Shown here: piece after piece, positions 61,221-64,000 of the stretch
Position numbering within the stretch: position 1 is the stretch's first letter
Layout of the letters: each line of letters starts with the position of its first letter
Assembly (NCBI GenBank): GCA_028534125.1
Contig: CM052821.1
Span: 46,314,001-46,378,000 of the forward strand
Length of the DNA: 64,000 nucleotides
Origin: Lama glama
Lineage: Eukaryota
Direction: 5' to 3'
The notes under the pieces: model-generated
What the model saw: the letters and a program-made list of their open reading frames with translations, nothing else
What the model was told of the DNA's origin: nothing
The model's database searches: none
Made by a program: the position numbers and the translations under genes

Positions 61221-62009
61221 TCAGCCAAGCAACCATTTGGAAAACTGGCTATCAAGGATGACTACTCGCTGACACACCAAATTGCTCTCAGATTGCTTCC
61301 TGATCTGTTTATCCCCCTCAAATTATTAGGGTATTTTAATATTCATGCCATTCAAAATAAGTGGTGGGGGACAGTAACAAAAATGAATGTCTCCTGTGGG
61401 CTAAGCAACGTACAAAATTCAGGGAACACAACAAGACAAGGTCCTTGCCCTCCATGAGCTACGGAGACCTTGGATACTGCCTGAACCGAACCCAGGGGGG
61501 AGACAGCCACGCGGGGAGAAGGAGCAGCACCCCCATGGCTTCAAGGGTCGGGGAGCAGGGCTGCGCTATCCCAGCGAGGGATAGAAAGGCAGAGAGTGAC
61601 AGCATCAATTAATCCCTTAGTGATCCCAGTGTCAGAAGTATAAGCCTTTTACAATACAGTAAAACAATTTTTATGGGTTTTTCCCATCCGTTTCATGTCT
61701 TGAAGTATTTTTTAATCAAAACGGATAAGAACAAGGAGTCAAGTGGGTGTAAATCTCTTGCTCGTTTCTCCGGTTCTCTGGCCAGGGAGGACAGCTGAGC
61801 CCCGCAGAGCCCACAGTAGACTTTTCTGTCCTCCCTGGCAGTATTTTCCAGAAGGAAGTCCTATTCCAGTTGTAGAGAGCTGGGCCTTGCTTTTAAACAA
61901 TGAACACATCCTCCAAAGGCTGCACATAAAAGGCATCTCGGTAAATCAAATCTCATGTTTCCAATAGCTTTAGATGTATATTACCTCCATTTCCGACGAC
62001 AAAACAAAA

Positions 62010-62776
62010 GCATCTTCCTTGCGTGAAATGTGCAAAACAGAAAAAAGTATAAACAAGAAAATAAAAATTACTTGTAATGTTATCACCTAGAGGCAATATA
62101 AGAATGTAATCAGACTTTAATTCCATGTTCGGATATACAGAGATATATATATATTTTTTGACAAAAATAGGATAATGGTAGAATTATTACACAATCCACT
62201 TTTGCAGCGGATCTATAAATGTGTTACCGACACCTACTCATGGCAACAGTCTACATTTCATTTACCAGTTTCAAAATACTCTGTTGCATGAACCCACCAA
62301 AATGTAACAAGTCCTTGTTTTCAGAAGTTGGGTTTGTCTTAAATATTTTCTTATAAATAATGATAAGACCTCCTTGTTCCCATCTCTTATAACTTCCTAG
62401 CAATGAAACGGCTACATCATACATATGTGTATTTTAAAAATTAGATACATTTTATCCAATTGTCCTGCAAAAAATGCTTTTGCAATTTATACTACTTCCA
62501 GCAAGAAGGGTTGACATTTTTCTTGTCTTTACTGTCATTGGAACTATGTAGACAAAGTACTGCCAGTGCTTCATTCCAGTTTCATTTTTAATTTTTTGAT
62601 TACTTGGGATGTAGAATTCTTCACGTGTCAGTTGACTTGTTTCCTTCTTATGGGAGGAGCAAACTGTGTCCTTTGCCTATCCTTCTCATTTTTCCTTATT
62701 GATTTGTAAAAACATTTTGCACATTGAAATATTGACCCATAATTTTTCATCTATGATGTGCATTTTCCGTAGAGCG
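62010..62776 (-). mobile_element. Ancient L1ME-type 3' fragment
   Basis: aaaaagtataaacaagaaaataaaaattac...tcacctagagg; tccttattgatttgtaaaaacattttgcacatt. Confidence 0.65.
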
Positions 62777-62980
62777 TTCTTTTGATGTATAGTTAATTTA
62801 CAATGTTGTATGAGTTTCCTGTGTACAGCACAGTGATTCAGTTATATGCATACATTCTTTTACATATTCTTTTATATTATAGGCCATTACAAGATATTGA
62901 ATATAGTTCCCTGTGCTATACAGTAGGATCCTGTTGTTTATCTGTTTTATATATAGTACTTCACATCTGCTAATCCCAAA
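62777..62980 (-). mobile_element. Short young L1 3' end (same family as 17802-18453)
   Basis: gtatagttaatttacaatgttg...acagtgattcagttata...caagatattgaatatagttccctgtgctatacagtagga...tctgctaatcccaaa. Confidence 0.9.
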
Positions 62981-64000
62981 GGAGTGGTTTGTTTCAGTAC
63001 TTTTTTAAAAAATGGTGTTTTCTTTCCTCTCCTCATCCATCCTCCCAATTTTTCATTTGTAGTGTTCTTGTCTCCTTATTTGTCAAATAGTTACTGGGAA
63101 AACAATACTCTGGCAAGAGAGACAAAACACCCTTCACTGCAGGTGTATCACTAATTTATCTGTTGGATGATCAAAGGAATTTCTTGAAGGTGGTAAACCT
63201 TGCCCCTCAAAGCCACCACCAACCCAGGCAGAAGTTGGCAATTAATGTAGAAATGGGTCCTAGAGAAACCACACCAGCGCTCTTAGCAAAGTCAGCCCGT
63301 GGCAGCCTCTTCTGGGATGACAAACTTTTGAGCGCCCTGGAGGTCACAGACAGCTGAGCTAAAAGACCCCTGTCCGACATTGAGGGTGGGGAAGCATCCT
63401 GCGAAGCTGGCTCCGTTGTTCTGACCACGACCGTGCCAGGAGGCTGAGCACTGGAGGGGCTCCAGGTGGATGGTGGGGGCAGGTCTGGCGCCCTTTTCCT
63501 GCGATGCTGGGAAATCAGCAAAGCAGAGACGGCACGTGAGACAGGACAGGGCTGGGCCATCTTGAGGCAAACCAGCCCCTCCTTGCAGCACCAGACACCG
63601 TCCCTTCTCATCTCCTTCAGGTTGCGGTTCTGCCTCTCATGTCCTGTTTATGAATACTGTTTCCCCTCTACGTTTCGATTGCAGAATTTCGATCTTTTTG
63701 AAAGTCTTGGCTGGTCGGCATTCGGTTCAGGTCACCCTCCAGCATTAAGGGTTATGTGGTAGCAACCAGAGGGCCAGTAACGCTGCTGCCGGAGCACAGA
63801 GAGAAATGCCCCCCCGACAGGGGAAGGTCACATTCAGAGGGCACCAAACTCTTCTTAGAAAAGATGGCATTTTTACTTCCAGAATCACCTTGCAGATCCA
63901 AGAGCTCATTAAATTAATTAGTATTAAACATCAATATATTTACTTGTTACGTATTAATGGAAATGCTTTCTTATATAACCAGCAGCCCAGCAAAGTTTGG

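Overview
This is mammalian genomic DNA, almost certainly camelid (camel/alpaca/llama). It carries three tRNA-derived Vic-1-type SINEs and artiodactyl-type L1 3' ends, and I saw no Alu, B1, Bov-tA, PRE-1 or Can-SINE. The whole window lies inside the very large LARGE1 gene (xylosyl-/glucuronyltransferase that builds matriglycan on alpha-dystroglycan), transcribed on the minus strand. Only one coding exon was found: 25910-26014 (-), 105 nt, phase 1-1, encoding (G)[34 protein letters not shown](G). The ORF track misses it. The rest is intron filled with MaLR (MLT1) solo LTRs, a MER21-type LTR, L1, L2, MIR, hAT and Tigger DNA-transposon relics, simple repeats and six N-runs. The listed ORFs are chance ORFs or decayed L1 pieces. 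I found no prokaryote-type system or new gene. The best leads are: (i) a recursive-splice-like AG|GTCAGC at the LARGE1 exon start, with G-runs after its donor; (ii) a single-arm, apparently ancestral version of the human intronic miR-4764 hairpin inside a nested TE; (iii) a candidate 118-nt poison exon overlapping an E-box cluster; (iv) well-resolved TE nesting, inversion and transduction events. Repeat subfamily names and most repeat boundaries were assigned by eye from remembered consensus sequences and need RepeatMasker/Dfam confirmation.
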